A DNA stretch of 64,000 nucleotides, taken from positions 81,569 through 145,568 of the forward strand of contig CATXTO010000003.1 of the NCBI GenBank assembly GCA_958402445.1, in the 5' to 3' direction. A program made the translations under genes and the position numbers. Shown here piece by piece: positions 18,490 to 28,374 of the stretch (within the stretch, counting starts at the first letter, position 1; the number at the start of each line of letters is the position of its first letter). Under the pieces are notes generated by a model. That model made no database searches. It saw only the letters and a program-made list of their open reading frames with translations, and was not told where the DNA came from. Origin of the DNA: an uncultured Eubacteriales bacterium. Lineage in GTDB: Bacteria > Bacillota > Clostridia > Oscillospirales > Oscillospiraceae.

Positions 18490-18532
18490 AAAAACGGCCT
18501 CACCGCCGAACCAGGGCGGTGAGGCCGTTTTT
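18490..18532. terminator. Bidirectional intrinsic terminator
   Basis: AAAAACGGCCTCACCGCC/GGCGGTGAGGCCGTTTTT between convergent genes. Confidence 0.85.
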
Positions 18533-18539
18533 CTGTTGT

Positions 18540-18992
18540 TCATTCCCTTTTCGGTCGGTCCCAACGCAGATAAATCATATCGATGAGCCGGACCCCCTGC
18601 TCGAAAATAGGGTGGTCGTAATGGTTGAGAAAAAAGTTTTTCACCCGGTGAGAGCGGCGAAAACCGCAGTGCTCATAAAAAGGGATGGTCAGGGGACTTT
18701 CGCCAGTACCCACAAAAAACGTGGCGCAGTCCGCGTAGTGGGAAAAGAGAAACAAGATCAGTTTTTTGCCATAGCCCATTTTCTGGGATGCCGGCGCCGT
18801 GGCGATATTTTTAATCTCGCATACACCGTCGCCCTCCCGGGTGACGACGCACTCCGCTTTTACCCCGTTGTCCAGGAGCACGAACATGTCGCCCCGCTCT
18901 AGGTATCGGTCAATTTGTCTCTCCTGCTCGTCCGCCAGAAGCAGGAGGTCCAGATACTGTTTTTTGTTTTCCATGATTTGTAGAATCTGCAT
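18540..18992 (-). CDS. GNAT-family N-acetyltransferase
   Basis: LLLLADE, EIKNIAT...QKMGYGKKL, FYEHCGF; ATG at 18992 with AGGAG RBS. Confidence 0.9.
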   Translation of the reverse strand: MQILQIMENKKQYLDLLLLADEQERQIDRYLERGDMFVLLDNGVKAECVVTREGDGVCEIKNIATAPASQKMGYGKKLILFLFSHYADCATFFVGTGESPLTIPFYEHCGFRRSHRVKNFFLNHYDHPIFEQGVRLIDMIYLRWDRPKRE

Positions 18993-19079
18993 GCTTCGTC
19001 TCCTGACGTTCAGAGAATTAAAGCGCATGTAAGGGGGAAATTACAAGTAATCAAGGTGGAACCGGATACGTCCCGCCCC

Positions 19080-19760
19080 TTACCGGGCGGGCATCTGAAA
19101 TCCAGCCAGGGCCTCATTCAAAAATGCGTTAAACGGCTGCATTTTGGAGAAAATTTCTACAGCAGCGGGGATAAAGTCCGGCGCCAGCAACTCTTGGTCC
19201 GCAAGGGGATACTCCAGGTACCAGCTTTTATATTTCAGGAATTCTGCCTGGGGGTGCGCCGGGTCATAGCCGCGGGGCACGCGTTTTAGCGCAGTGCCAC
19301 CCACGCGGAAGGATTCGGTGAACGCGGGGTCTGTGATAATTTCCTGCCACTTCACGCCGTGGGCGGCGATCTGATCCCGCACCATGGCTGTGGCGTCCTG
19401 GAACATATCGGCGAACATACCGCCCCCCAGGAAGGACCGGTCTCCCGGCTTTACCAGGATGTAGTAGCCCACGGGAATCGGCAGCTTTCCTCGGGGCGCG
19501 ATATGGGCCCGGAAGGCCGGGTTATAAGGGGATTTGTCGTGGCTGAAGCGAGTGTCCCGGTTCAGCTTGAAGGTCAGGGACTTCGGGTCCAGCAGGGGAA
19601 TGGCGGCGTCCCGGGCGTGCAGCTCCATCATGAGGCTGCCCACAAGCTCCTCAAATGCACCGCTTGCTTCGTGATACTCCGATTTATGTGCGTGGAACCA
19701 GTCCCGGTTGTTGTTTTGTTCTAGGGCGGTTAAATAGGTCAAGATAACATCAAGCTTCAT
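19080..19760 (-). CDS. DUF2461-family protein
   Basis: NNNRDWFHAHK, RDTRFSHDKSPY, LKRVPRGY motifs. Confidence 0.92.
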   Translation of the reverse strand: MKLDVILTYLTALEQNNNRDWFHAHKSEYHEASGAFEELVGSLMMELHARDAAIPLLDPKSLTFKLNRDTRFSHDKSPYNPAFRAHIAPRGKLPIPVGYYILVKPGDRSFLGGGMFADMFQDATAMVRDQIAAHGVKWQEIITDPAFTESFRVGGTALKRVPRGYDPAHPQAEFLKYKSWYLEYPLADQELLAPDFIPAAVEIFSKMQPFNAFLNEALAGFQMPAR

Positions 19761-20616
19761 TGTGCGCCTCCTGGTTGTTTAAAACCGTCATAAAATGCTG
19801 AGACTGCATCAGATCCCGCACCCATGCGGTGAGCTGCTTGGGAGAGCGGTATGCAGGCAAATCCGCGAAAACTTGCGAGAGCTGGTCCAGCTGTTCCATG
19901 GCGTCGGTACATCGGGTCAGGGCATCATAAGAGCAGGGCTCCAAGGCCTGAAAGCAAAGGTTGGTTGGGTCAATGCGGTGGCTGGCGATGGCGTAATGAA
20001 TTCTTTTTTTGCAGGCGCAGCGCCCCGTTCCGCTGAGCCCGCAGTACTCCGCCAGAAACGCCGCCATTTTCTTGCGGGCGCGGGAGAGCTTTTGGCGATA
20101 CGCCTCCGGCGTCATCTCCAAAACGTCTGCGGCGATGCGGCTGTTCAGACGGAACATGGTCCCGAGAATAAAAATGCAGCGGCTCTCCGGTTCCAGACAC
20201 TGTAGCATGACATTGCTGCAGGAGAGCTTCAGCTCACGCTCTAGGAGCCCCTGGTCCACGCCGCCGCTCAGGTCCGGGATATCCTGTTCCCGGCCGGAAA
20301 CAATGTCCGCGCCATAGGCTTCAAAGCTCAGGTGCGCCTGAGAGAACATGCCCTTTTGATACTGCTGCAAATGATTGACCGCGATGCGGAAGACCCAGGT
20401 CCGCAGGCTGCTGTCCTGCCGGAAGGAGGACAGGTGCGTCATGACCTTGATTAAAATTTCTTGGGTCGCATCCTCCGCGTCTGGAATGGTTCCCAGCATG
20501 CGCAAAGCCAGATTAAAAATCATATCCTGCATGCTGCACAAAAGCGTTTCCAACGCCGCCTGATTGCCGGAGACGGCGTCCTCCAAAATTTGTTTTTCAT
20601 TTTCGATCGGTTTCAA
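19750..20616 (-). CDS. ECF sigma-70 factor with a Cys-containing C-terminal extension
   Basis: DAEDATQEIL (region 2), TWVFRIAVN, region 4 AYRQKLSRAR, then CGL...CAC extension. Confidence 0.9.
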   Translation of the reverse strand: MKPIENEKQILEDAVSGNQAALETLLCSMQDMIFNLALRMLGTIPDAEDATQEILIKVMTHLSSFRQDSSLRTWVFRIAVNHLQQYQKGMFSQAHLSFEAYGADIVSGREQDIPDLSGGVDQGLLERELKLSCSNVMLQCLEPESRCIFILGTMFRLNSRIAADVLEMTPEAYRQKLSRARKKMAAFLAEYCGLSGTGRCACKKRIHYAIASHRIDPTNLCFQALEPCSYDALTRCTDAMEQLDQLSQVFADLPAYRSPKQLTAWVRDLMQSQHFMTVLNNQEAHNEA

Positions 20617-20637
20617 CTCAACACCTCCTATTCAATT

Positions 20638-20664
20638 AGACTGCGTCCCAATTGAATTGTGACA
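20638..20664 (-). promoter_or_regulatory. Candidate ECF (auto-regulated) promoter
   Basis: TGTCACA-15-AGTCT immediately upstream of the ECF RBS. Confidence 0.55.
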
Positions 20665-21001
20665 CCTATCTTTCATTTTCCGTATTTTTCATCCTAGCAT
20701 ATGGGGTGCCCTTGCAGCCGGTCCGACCCGGCGAAGCAAAAGCGCGGCCGGGCCGCTTATAAAAAACGGGCGGGGCTCCAGTCGGCTCCGTCCGATTTTC
20801 CAGCAGCCGTCAACCTTACGGCTGCGATGAATTCTCCTGATATTTTAGTGCTATTTTTTACGAATGTCAATCTTTTTAAAAGAAACCCTGTATTTTCCAC
20901 CTAGATGGAAAAATAAAGACGGCGGTACGGAAGGGTTCTCTTCTGCACATGGACGGGTTGCCATACGAGAATAGCCAAAAAAATGGAGGTCTGGGAGTCG
21001 T

Positions 21002-21205
21002 ATGTATCCATACCACAATAGAATTAAACAACGCATCCGGGCGGGGGAGCTGGTCGGATATGAATATGTGGAGGATTATCCCCGCATGGGAGAGGCGCTG
21101 GTCCTATACTTTTCCACGAATCCACCGGTACGGCCCATCCGGCCATACCGGTATCAGGAGTACAGGCCGTTATTGGCAGCGTGGGAAGCCAGGGAAGGAA
21201 ATTAG
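21002..21205 (+). CDS. Small hypothetical protein
   Basis: 67 aa, protein-like composition (YHNRIKQRI...PVRPIRPYRY); GGAG RBS. Confidence 0.7.
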   Translation: MYPYHNRIKQRIRAGELVGYEYVEDYPRMGEALVLYFSTNPPVRPIRPYRYQEYRPLLAAWEAREGN

Positions 21206-21404
21206 GTTGAGGAGCCAGACGGGACGGATTTGAGGCGTATAAACGTTAATTCTCCGATACCCCTGAGTATGCCTTGCAATGCTTATAAGAAGCTCTTCAG
21301 GCGCGGGAATAACCAAGACTTGACATTACAGGGATAGAGTGCTAATATAAAATAACAGGAGAGTAATCGTCTCCCTGTAAAATTTATTAAGGAGGGGGTT
21401 ATCA

Positions 21405-21728
21405 ATGAAAACGCAAAGGCTGTTGGCGGTTTTGGTGGCGATCAGCGTTCTGCTTTGCCTGCCGGTGACAGCTAAGGCCAAGACCGTAACGCTTGACGCC
21501 AGCAATGCGAGCTATTACGCCTACATGGATCTGGAGGAGGCTCCCGCGGAGCTGCAAGACACCATTTTGGAGGCCCGGGCTCAAATTATTTTTCAGGAGT
21601 CCTGGGTTGCGGACGGGTACGAGGGACAGGTCACTTATCCGGACGGCACGGTGATCGAGCTGCCCCAATTTTCAGAGCTCTTCCCCGATGACTGGGAGAT
21701 TCCCGTGGAATCAGGAGGAGACAGTTGA
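21405..21728 (+). CDS. Secreted hypothetical protein, N-terminal part (possibly frameshifted)
   Basis: AAGGAGG RBS, TTGACA-17-TAATAT promoter at 21320-21348, signal peptide ending AKA. Confidence 0.75.
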   Translation: MKTQRLLAVLVAISVLLCLPVTAKAKTVTLDASNASYYAYMDLEEAPAELQDTILEARAQIIFQESWVADGYEGQVTYPDGTVIELPQFSELFPDDWEIPVESGGDS

Positions 21729-21729
21729 T

Positions 21730-22083
21730 GTGCCGGCTGCGCTGCCGGCAATGGACGCCGTGGTGCCTGCCACTGCTTGGACAACCCTGACGCAGAGAAA
21801 GCTGTATCTTCGGCATCCAAGTTCTGTTTTCGATACTGGCTATTTTCAATCGTGGTCCAATCTGACCGGCGCTTTGAAAACGACGGTAGTCGCACTGGAA
21901 ACGCCTACTTCTTGTAATATTGGGTATACCGATATAAAAACGAGCAAATCGATTGGGCATTCCTCTAGATTGCCTGTGGGCGGCACGTTCCAGATGAATG
22001 TGACCAATGCCTATGTGGGCGTGCGCGCCAGTACATACTCCACAGAAGGGCTGGGTACGTTGCGCGTACAGTTGGGAAGATAG
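21730..22083 (+). CDS. Hypothetical beta-rich protein; probable C-terminal half of the preceding gene
   Basis: Open frame from 21688 overlapping the previous ORF end; no signal peptide of its own; ends VRASTYSTEGLGTLRV. Confidence 0.55.
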   Translation: MPAALPAMDAVVPATAWTTLTQRKLYLRHPSSVFDTGYFQSWSNLTGALKTTVVALETPTSCNIGYTDIKTSKSIGHSSRLPVGGTFQMNVTNAYVGVRASTYSTEGLGTLRVQLGR

Positions 22084-22164
22084 AGTTTATGATTTGTGTT
22101 TGTCCCCCATGGTTCGCCCATGGGGGATAAACGGATTATGGATGAAGAAAGGAGGAACTGATAA

Positions 22165-23142
22165 ATGAGAAGGCGCGTAAAGGGCACGGTTGCCGTTCTT
22201 CTTACGCTTGTGTTGGCGTTTGGTCTGCTGGCGGGCTGCGATCGGAATCCGGCCGAGGAACCCAATAATATTCTCGATCCAATTACCATGATAGTAGACA
22301 AAGCAATCGCCGATTATACCATGGAGCCATACTGGAAGGATACTGGACTGGAGCTGCTGGACCTGGTGAAGGATGAAGAGGGATACACCCTGCTGGCCCA
22401 GGACGGCGGGGAAACATACCAAATTAAGCTGGACCGGCAGTTTCAAGAGCAGAGCCGGACTGAAACGGCGCTGCCGAATACCAGCCGGGTGCTGGCCTCG
22501 AAAAAGGGAGAATTTGCGTACGCCAAAAATGAGGCGGGGCTTTTTGACCTATACAAGGACGGGGAGCCTTACCTTGCTGTCGGCGGCGAGGCGGGCGGCG
22601 ACTGCCAAATGCTTTTTTCCGGTGGGCGGCTGTTCACCTATGCCCATGGGCGGTTATTCTGCAACGAGCAGGAGATAGCCTGGAAAGAAGTCCTGTCAGA
22701 TCCCCAATTTTCCAGTCATGATGAATTGGTAACTCCCGTGGGACTCGCGGAACGGGAGCATCAGGTTTTTGCCATTGTCTGTAACCAATCGGAAGAGTTA
22801 GGTTTAAATTACAATGTATACTATCCCGTGAATCCCAAAACCGGTGCGCTTCAGTTGGAGGGCTCGCTTTCCTCATCCTTATCGGGAAGGTGGTTTAGCT
22901 CAAAAGATGACCGCATCTATGTGGCAGACGGCAGCGGATTAATCTATGTGGTTCAAGAGGTCGATAATAACGAATTGAGGACCACAGAGCAGGCCTTTCT
23001 AGATATGACGGAGGAATCGCTGCCCTGGAACAATCTGCGGCAGATGATAGTGCTTTCGGACCGGCGGGTACTCCTGCTGTTTTCCGACCGGCTGATCGAA
23101 GTCACCCCCGTTTTCAGCCCTAATTCTTCGGGAGAAACATAG
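22165..23142 (+). CDS. Lipoprotein, hypothetical
   Basis: Lipobox LAGC; AGGAGG RBS. Confidence 0.8.
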   Translation: MRRRVKGTVAVLLTLVLAFGLLAGCDRNPAEEPNNILDPITMIVDKAIADYTMEPYWKDTGLELLDLVKDEEGYTLLAQDGGETYQIKLDRQFQEQSRTETALPNTSRVLASKKGEFAYAKNEAGLFDLYKDGEPYLAVGGEAGGDCQMLFSGGRLFTYAHGRLFCNEQEIAWKEVLSDPQFSSHDELVTPVGLAEREHQVFAIVCNQSEELGLNYNVYYPVNPKTGALQLEGSLSSSLSGRWFSSKDDRIYVADGSGLIYVVQEVDNNELRTTEQAFLDMTEESLPWNNLRQMIVLSDRRVLLLFSDRLIEVTPVFSPNSSGET

Positions 23143-23358
23143 GTGAGGGCTATGTGGGAAGCACTTTTTCCTAAGGCTGTCTGGCTTATGACAGATCGGC
23201 CCTGAAACAACGGCAGGTCGAGTATAGATACTGCGGGTATTTAATAAATCGTGGGAGCAAAGATTGCTTTGCTCCCACGATTTCAGCATCATGCCGGGAA
23301 CCTCACAGGTAATCCGCCTGTTGAAAAGGGTTTATGCTCGTTTCGTTTCCACATAGGG

Positions 23359-25110
23359 TCAGGCGCCGGAGGATTCCGGGGCCACGCATAAAATAGACCG
23401 GTCGTTGATGGCTCGCTTTCTATGGGCCGCGCGGACCGCCTGCCGGCAACGCTCCAGCAGGTCTTCCATGCCGTCCCAGTTTCCATCCAAAGCGTTCTGA
23501 TGAAGCTTATCCTCCTGTAAATGGGATTGGACGATCAAGCTATAATACAGTTGGGGATCGACCTGATCTTCCTGACAAATTCGAGTCAGTAGGGCAGTGG
23601 TAGAGGCGTATTTCTCCCAAAGCTGTCGGGTCGCCTTTTTGCGTCTGAAGGGCAGAATCAGACAATTGGCAAGCAGGGCAAGTACAATTCCAATACAGAT
23701 ATAGCCCAAACGAACCCCCAACATGCCGCCCACGTCTTCCCAGCCAAACGCGCCTGCAAAAACTGCGCCGCCCAAGGCCCCCACGGTAGAACAGGCAAAG
23801 GTGGCTGAATAGTCGGAAAAATAAAAGGATAGGTATCCGGACAGCATCATGACTGCGGTGCGGCCAGTTGCCGATGGAATCAGCGCGTAGAGGACTATGC
23901 CGGCCAGGCCGCCGGTCAGCGTGGCGACGAGCCGCTTCCTGGCCTTTGTGCCGATGTCATCCGCATAGGGTAACGAGACCGAGGAAACCGTAAACAGCAG
24001 CCATTTCCCGTGGGGCAGATGGAGCAGCTTCACCATGAACGTGCAAAGCGCAAGCAGAATAGAGACCCGCAAGGCATACACAACCCGGACCGGGCTGACG
24101 TCCAGCATCGCCTTGAGACGTAACGACAGGGACAGAGCCGTTTTCCGGTAGCGCCCCCGTTTTTGCGGTAGCGCCATCTGCTGTAAATGCGACCCGATAT
24201 AAAGCAGGCACTGGTCAAAGCGCGCATCTTCCTGACCGGCCAAGCCGGGTGCAGCCCAATCCGGCAGCTGAACGTGATCGGTCTTACGCTGAACAAACTC
24301 CCGAAACAGGGTCAGTTGAGCCGAGATCCGCCGCAACAGTTCTGCCCGGGCCGGCGTAGCAGGTCCCTCCATCTCATATAGCAGGAGGACAAGATTTTCA
24401 AGTCCCCGTCCGGCGTCGATCATAGCAAAGCTGGCGTCTGAGATACACAGAGCCCTTTTACGGCGTTCATATACAATACGGCTGAGCTTACACAGGTTCG
24501 CCCGCAGCGCGCCCGGTTCCTGGGGGACCCCTCTGCCTGTCAGCAGACATTCGATGCACGTGTCGGCTGCGTCTATCATGGAGCTCAATACATCACGCGC
24601 CGTTTCCACCACCCGCTTTCGACCCATGAAAAGCTGGTAAAGGATGATGGAAATCGCCCCCACGCACATACCAAGCAGACGCTTGGAAAGCTGGGCCGGC
24701 GACACCGGTGAAATAAAAACAAGAAAAAGATAGGATAAAATATAAGGGAAATAAAGATGACTGACATACTCATAGGTATAGGCGTACAAAATGATGAAGA
24801 TCATTAGCAGATTCACCGGCAGGGCGAGCAAAGGGTGTACGTTGGATACAAAGCAGGCGGACGCCGCCATTAAGACAAGCACCGACGCTTGGATCAGCAG
24901 GTGTTTAACCGGCCTGGCGGTTAAATCCCTGGCCATGGAAGCGGACATCATAATGGTGAAAATTACGCCTACGATGGAGTTCTCCGCGCCTAAGGCCCGC
25001 TGAAAAACATTGACATAGACAATAATAAAAATGAAATTCAAGGTGGCAAATCGAAATTTACTTTTTATGCTGCCCTTGATCCTGGTCAATACGGTTTCCA
25101 TTTTTTCCAA
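23359..25110 (-). CDS. FUSC-family (aromatic acid exporter-like) membrane protein
   Basis: TM block, soluble domain, second TM block with YALRVS...HGKWLLFT...RLVATL. Confidence 0.85.
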   Translation of the reverse strand: MEKMETVLTRIKGSIKSKFRFATLNFIFIIVYVNVFQRALGAENSIVGVIFTIMMSASMARDLTARPVKHLLIQASVLVLMAASACFVSNVHPLLALPVNLLMIFIILYAYTYEYVSHLYFPYILSYLFLVFISPVSPAQLSKRLLGMCVGAISIILYQLFMGRKRVVETARDVLSSMIDAADTCIECLLTGRGVPQEPGALRANLCKLSRIVYERRKRALCISDASFAMIDAGRGLENLVLLLYEMEGPATPARAELLRRISAQLTLFREFVQRKTDHVQLPDWAAPGLAGQEDARFDQCLLYIGSHLQQMALPQKRGRYRKTALSLSLRLKAMLDVSPVRVVYALRVSILLALCTFMVKLLHLPHGKWLLFTVSSVSLPYADDIGTKARKRLVATLTGGLAGIVLYALIPSATGRTAVMMLSGYLSFYFSDYSATFACSTVGALGGAVFAGAFGWEDVGGMLGVRLGYICIGIVLALLANCLILPFRRKKATRQLWEKYASTTALLTRICQEDQVDPQLYYSLIVQSHLQEDKLHQNALDGNWDGMEDLLERCRQAVRAAHRKRAINDRSILCVAPESSGA

Positions 25111-25456
25111 GGCTTAAGTCTCCCTTCAAACGTTAATCATAGCACAAGTTTCCCTGCAAAGCAATTAGGTTTTGTCTGTGTGTTTTGTGGCACCCTTTGT
25201 ACGGCGTTCCAAAATGAACAGGTAGGCCGTTCAGGCCAGACAAGCAGTTCAGCCGTTTTTCTGGGAGAGCAAGCAAAAATGAGGCGGCCCGTTTTCCGGG
25301 CCGCCTCATTGCGGCGGGGTTGGCCTTGGTGTTAGGCGCATCAAAAGCGGTAAGGCTCTTTCTCCCGCCTTTTTATAATGACAAAGTCACCAAAAATGGT
25401 ATGTAGAGAACGGAAAAGGGCATAGGCCGGCAGGATAGGTTAGAAACGGGAGGTAT

Positions 25457-25831
25457 TTAACGCGTTCCCGTCTGAATGAACTGAATTAATTTCTCCACGT
25501 CGTCAAAATCATCATAATCGCCATGGATGCCTTCTCGATGATAAACAACGCCCCTTTTCTCGTTACGCTCCAAGCAATCCAGCAGGGAGTCCATCCCGTA
25601 CCGCTTGATAAACAGGTTAAAGCCATAGGGCTTTATCTTGGACAGTATACCTTTGTGACAGTCTTCTTTGCAATAACAGCAGAAGTCTAGCTCCATTTGT
25701 TTGGAGCACGCTCTGTTTGCACAGTCGTTGGCCCCGGGACACGCACCAGTTTCGCAGCCATGACAGCGGTCGTTCTCAGAACACAGGCAACAGGCTAAAC
25801 CGCATCTGGCGATGCCCAATTCTCTCTTCAT
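25457..25831 (-). CDS. Cys-rich DUF3795-like protein
   Basis: ARCGLACCLC...C.GC...C...C...CCYC; AGGAG RBS. Confidence 0.8.
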   Translation of the reverse strand: MKRELGIARCGLACCLCSENDRCHGCETGACPGANDCANRACSKQMELDFCCYCKEDCHKGILSKIKPYGFNLFIKRYGMDSLLDCLERNEKRGVVYHREGIHGDYDDFDDVEKLIQFIQTGTR

Positions 25832-26249
25832 CCGATCAATGCTCCTTTTAGGGAATTTCTATCTGATCAGCGTCCCATTGAAAAAAGATATTTCACGCCA
25901 CGTCCAGCTCGCGGCGGAGCCCAGCGCAGCGGATTCACCCGGAAATGGATGCGCCCCATAGTTCGGCAAGGACATTTGTTCCGTTGAAAGCAAGAGACAT
26001 TGTTCCACAAGCGGCATAAGCGTATATTGTGCCAGAAACGTATCACTTGCAGGAAAAACACTCATAATTTAAAATATATTTCTCAGCGCCACATGTGAAG
26101 AAAACACATTGAATTGTTTATCATATTTGATATTCAGATAGTTTTCTATTTGCTGCTTTTTAGGTATCTTACCAGTCAAGATTAAATGATAAATAGAAAG
26201 CAAAAAACTGACCCTCTTTTGATAGGAAAAAGGTCAGTTTTTTAATGCT

Positions 26250-26326
26250 TGGTACGCCAGAAGGGACTCGAACCCCCGACCTACTGATTCGTAGTCAGTC
26301 ACTCTATCCAACTGAGCTACTGGCGC
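26250..26326 (-). tRNA. tRNA-Arg (ACG)
   Basis: GCGCCAGTAGCTCAGTTGGATAGAGTGACTGACTACGAATCAGTAGGTCGGGGGTTCGAGTCCCTTCTGGCGTACCA; promoter TTTACA-17-TATAAT at 26350-26378; hairpin terminator at about 26202-26243. Confidence 0.97.
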
Positions 26327-26555
26327 ATATCAAGATTTTTAGCTTATTCATTATAGCAGAGAGTTTCAGGTTTGTAAAGAGTTTTTTCACCGCCCCTGAA
26401 AAATAAATCGGAGTTGCGGGTTACGTGAAAAAGGAAAGCGGTATGGATGAAAATTTGTTGTTTTCCCAAAAACGCTGTGCTATAATAGCTGCAAAGTGAG
26501 AAGTTCGCCGGTGATGCCAGCGGCTTTTAAAATTTGCTGACCGGAGGGGACTGCG

Positions 26556-27164
26556 ATGGCTGAACCTGTTCAAAATTTCCGCGCTGCCTTTCATGGCTTC
26601 CGTCGAGAGGACGTGGTGCAATTTCTGGAGATGGTGACCGCCCGTCACGCGGCGGAGGTAAATCAGTTAAAGGACGATCAGGTCCGGCTGCAGCAGGAGC
26701 TGGATGCGCTGCGGCAAAGGTGTCAGCAGCCGAATGAGACGCTCCAAACGGAGAATGACCGGCTGCGGGAAGCGGTAGACGACCTGCAGGAGCAGGTGGC
26801 GCAACTCCAAGCTGAGAATGCCCAGTTTTTGTCAGACCTGGAGCAGGCGACGGCAGTCCCGGTGAAAGAGCCGGCCCCGACGGTAGAGATGGACTGGAAG
26901 GAAGAGGAACTGGCCGCTTACCGCCGGGCGGAAGCGACAGAACGGCAGGCCAAGGTCCGGGTGAACCAGCTGTACGATCAGCTAAACGGCCTGGTGGCGG
27001 ATTTGGGTATGCGGCTGGAGGAAAATCAGGGGCAGATGTCTGCCGCTGCGGAGTCTTTGGGCACGGCCCTGGAGGAGTTGCAAGCGGCTCTGGATCGGAG
27101 CCAGGACCTGATGAAAAACGGCGCCGGGTCCCTGCGGGTTCTCCAAGTCCGGCAAGAGGAATGA
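26556..27164 (+). CDS. Coiled-coil protein with a DivIVA-like N-terminus
   Basis: FRAAFHGFRREDVVQFLE resembles the DivIVA FxxxxRGYxxxEVxxFL motif; long coiled coil. Confidence 0.8.
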   Translation: MAEPVQNFRAAFHGFRREDVVQFLEMVTARHAAEVNQLKDDQVRLQQELDALRQRCQQPNETLQTENDRLREAVDDLQEQVAQLQAENAQFLSDLEQATAVPVKEPAPTVEMDWKEEELAAYRRAEATERQAKVRVNQLYDQLNGLVADLGMRLEENQGQMSAAAESLGTALEELQAALDRSQDLMKNGAGSLRVLQVRQEE

Positions 27165-27240
27165 ATCGGCATGGAAGAAGGAGCGCCGGGCCAGCGGCCC
27201 GGCGCTTGTTTTTTTGCTGGCGGTATTTTCAAAAGCAAAT

Positions 27241-28182
27241 TCATTGGCCCTGGGGACTGCGCTGCGGCGTGGTAGGAGACTGGCCCATGGAGGCCTCCTC
27301 CTGCAGCACCGCGTTGTAGGCCGCGGCGTAGGTTACGCTGACGTTGTTCTTCTTCCATAGATAGAGGCCGAGGATACAGCCGGCATACAGCAGATACAAC
27401 AGAATAGACAACAGGGAAGAAGAGATAGGAAGCCGGTACCCTGCCTTTTCCAAGAGAATATCGCCATAGGGAATGCTGTTGATCAGGAAGAGGGGAATAA
27501 AATACCACAAAAAGCTTGCGTCCAGCCGGAGAAACTGCAGCTTTCGACCTCGCATCATTTGCGATGCCCCCCAGAGAATCCGACTGGCCGGCGTATGAGG
27601 ATAATCCAGGATCACATAATAGAGCAGGCGATACCGATAAAACAGGTACACCATGGCTGCGCCTGCGCATATGAACCCCGCAATCACCATGGAAAGCTGC
27701 TGTGCGGTTGGAGTGGTACCGGTAAGAGCCAACCCGCTGCCGAACAGGGAGACCAGGAGGGAGGCCAGCAGGAAGGAAAGATAGGACAGCGCCAATGCCT
27801 GCAGCAGCAGCAAAAGGCCGCAGGTCACAAATTTTTTCCAGTTTCGAAAGCCCTCCAACAAAATCTGGTAACGGGCCGGCTTTCGGCGAGAAAGCTGCAT
27901 GGCGCCAGCCGTGTATCCAGCATCCCATAGGGGGATCAAGAGCGTAAAGGCCAGGCTCAGGCTGTACTGCAACGCTGTGAGAGTGGACCGGGAGCTCAGG
28001 CTGGACAGAGTCGTCATCCCGTTAACCTGATGTGTAAGAAGCAAGTTGAGAAAATTGACAAGCAGAGCCGCGGCGACGGCGATGGCGCTGTGCAACAGGA
28101 CGAGCCTGCGGGGGGAGAAGTCCGCCTGCTGCAACGCTTCGGATGCGGACTGCTTCAGGGCGCGGATGTCCCATTTTTCCAT
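27241..28182 (-). CDS. DUF975-family membrane protein
   Basis: ALKQSA..L start, SQMMRGRKLQFLRLDASFLW, multiple TMs. Confidence 0.82.
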   Translation of the reverse strand: MEKWDIRALKQSASEALQQADFSPRRLVLLHSAIAVAAALLVNFLNLLLTHQVNGMTTLSSLSSRSTLTALQYSLSLAFTLLIPLWDAGYTAGAMQLSRRKPARYQILLEGFRNWKKFVTCGLLLLLQALALSYLSFLLASLLVSLFGSGLALTGTTPTAQQLSMVIAGFICAGAAMVYLFYRYRLLYYVILDYPHTPASRILWGASQMMRGRKLQFLRLDASFLWYFIPLFLINSIPYGDILLEKAGYRLPISSSLLSILLYLLYAGCILGLYLWKKNNVSVTYAAAYNAVLQEEASMGQSPTTPQRSPQGQ

Positions 28183-28374
28183 TCCAAGCGCCTCCTTTGT
28201 TTTTTAATTTTGGGTCCGGCCGACCGGTTGCCGCAGCTGGCGGGCGGGTTTAGCGCGAACACTATTATAGTACGAGAAAATCGGAGAAATAGCAAATCTT
28301 TTTTTGGGAGCTCTGGCGCAAGAGAGGAAAATCCGCTATAATGAGGGAAATTGATTGGACCGGGAGGGCACCCC

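Noticed and set aside
20922..20940. Possible att duplicate of the tRNA-Arg 3' end (GGTACGGAAGGG)
   Set aside because: Short, gapped match, and no integrase in the window.
21319..21345. CIRCE (HrcA) operator suggested by GAGTGCTAA
   Set aside because: Only the right half matches; the left half is the -35 box with poor match and spacing, and the downstream gene is not a chaperone.
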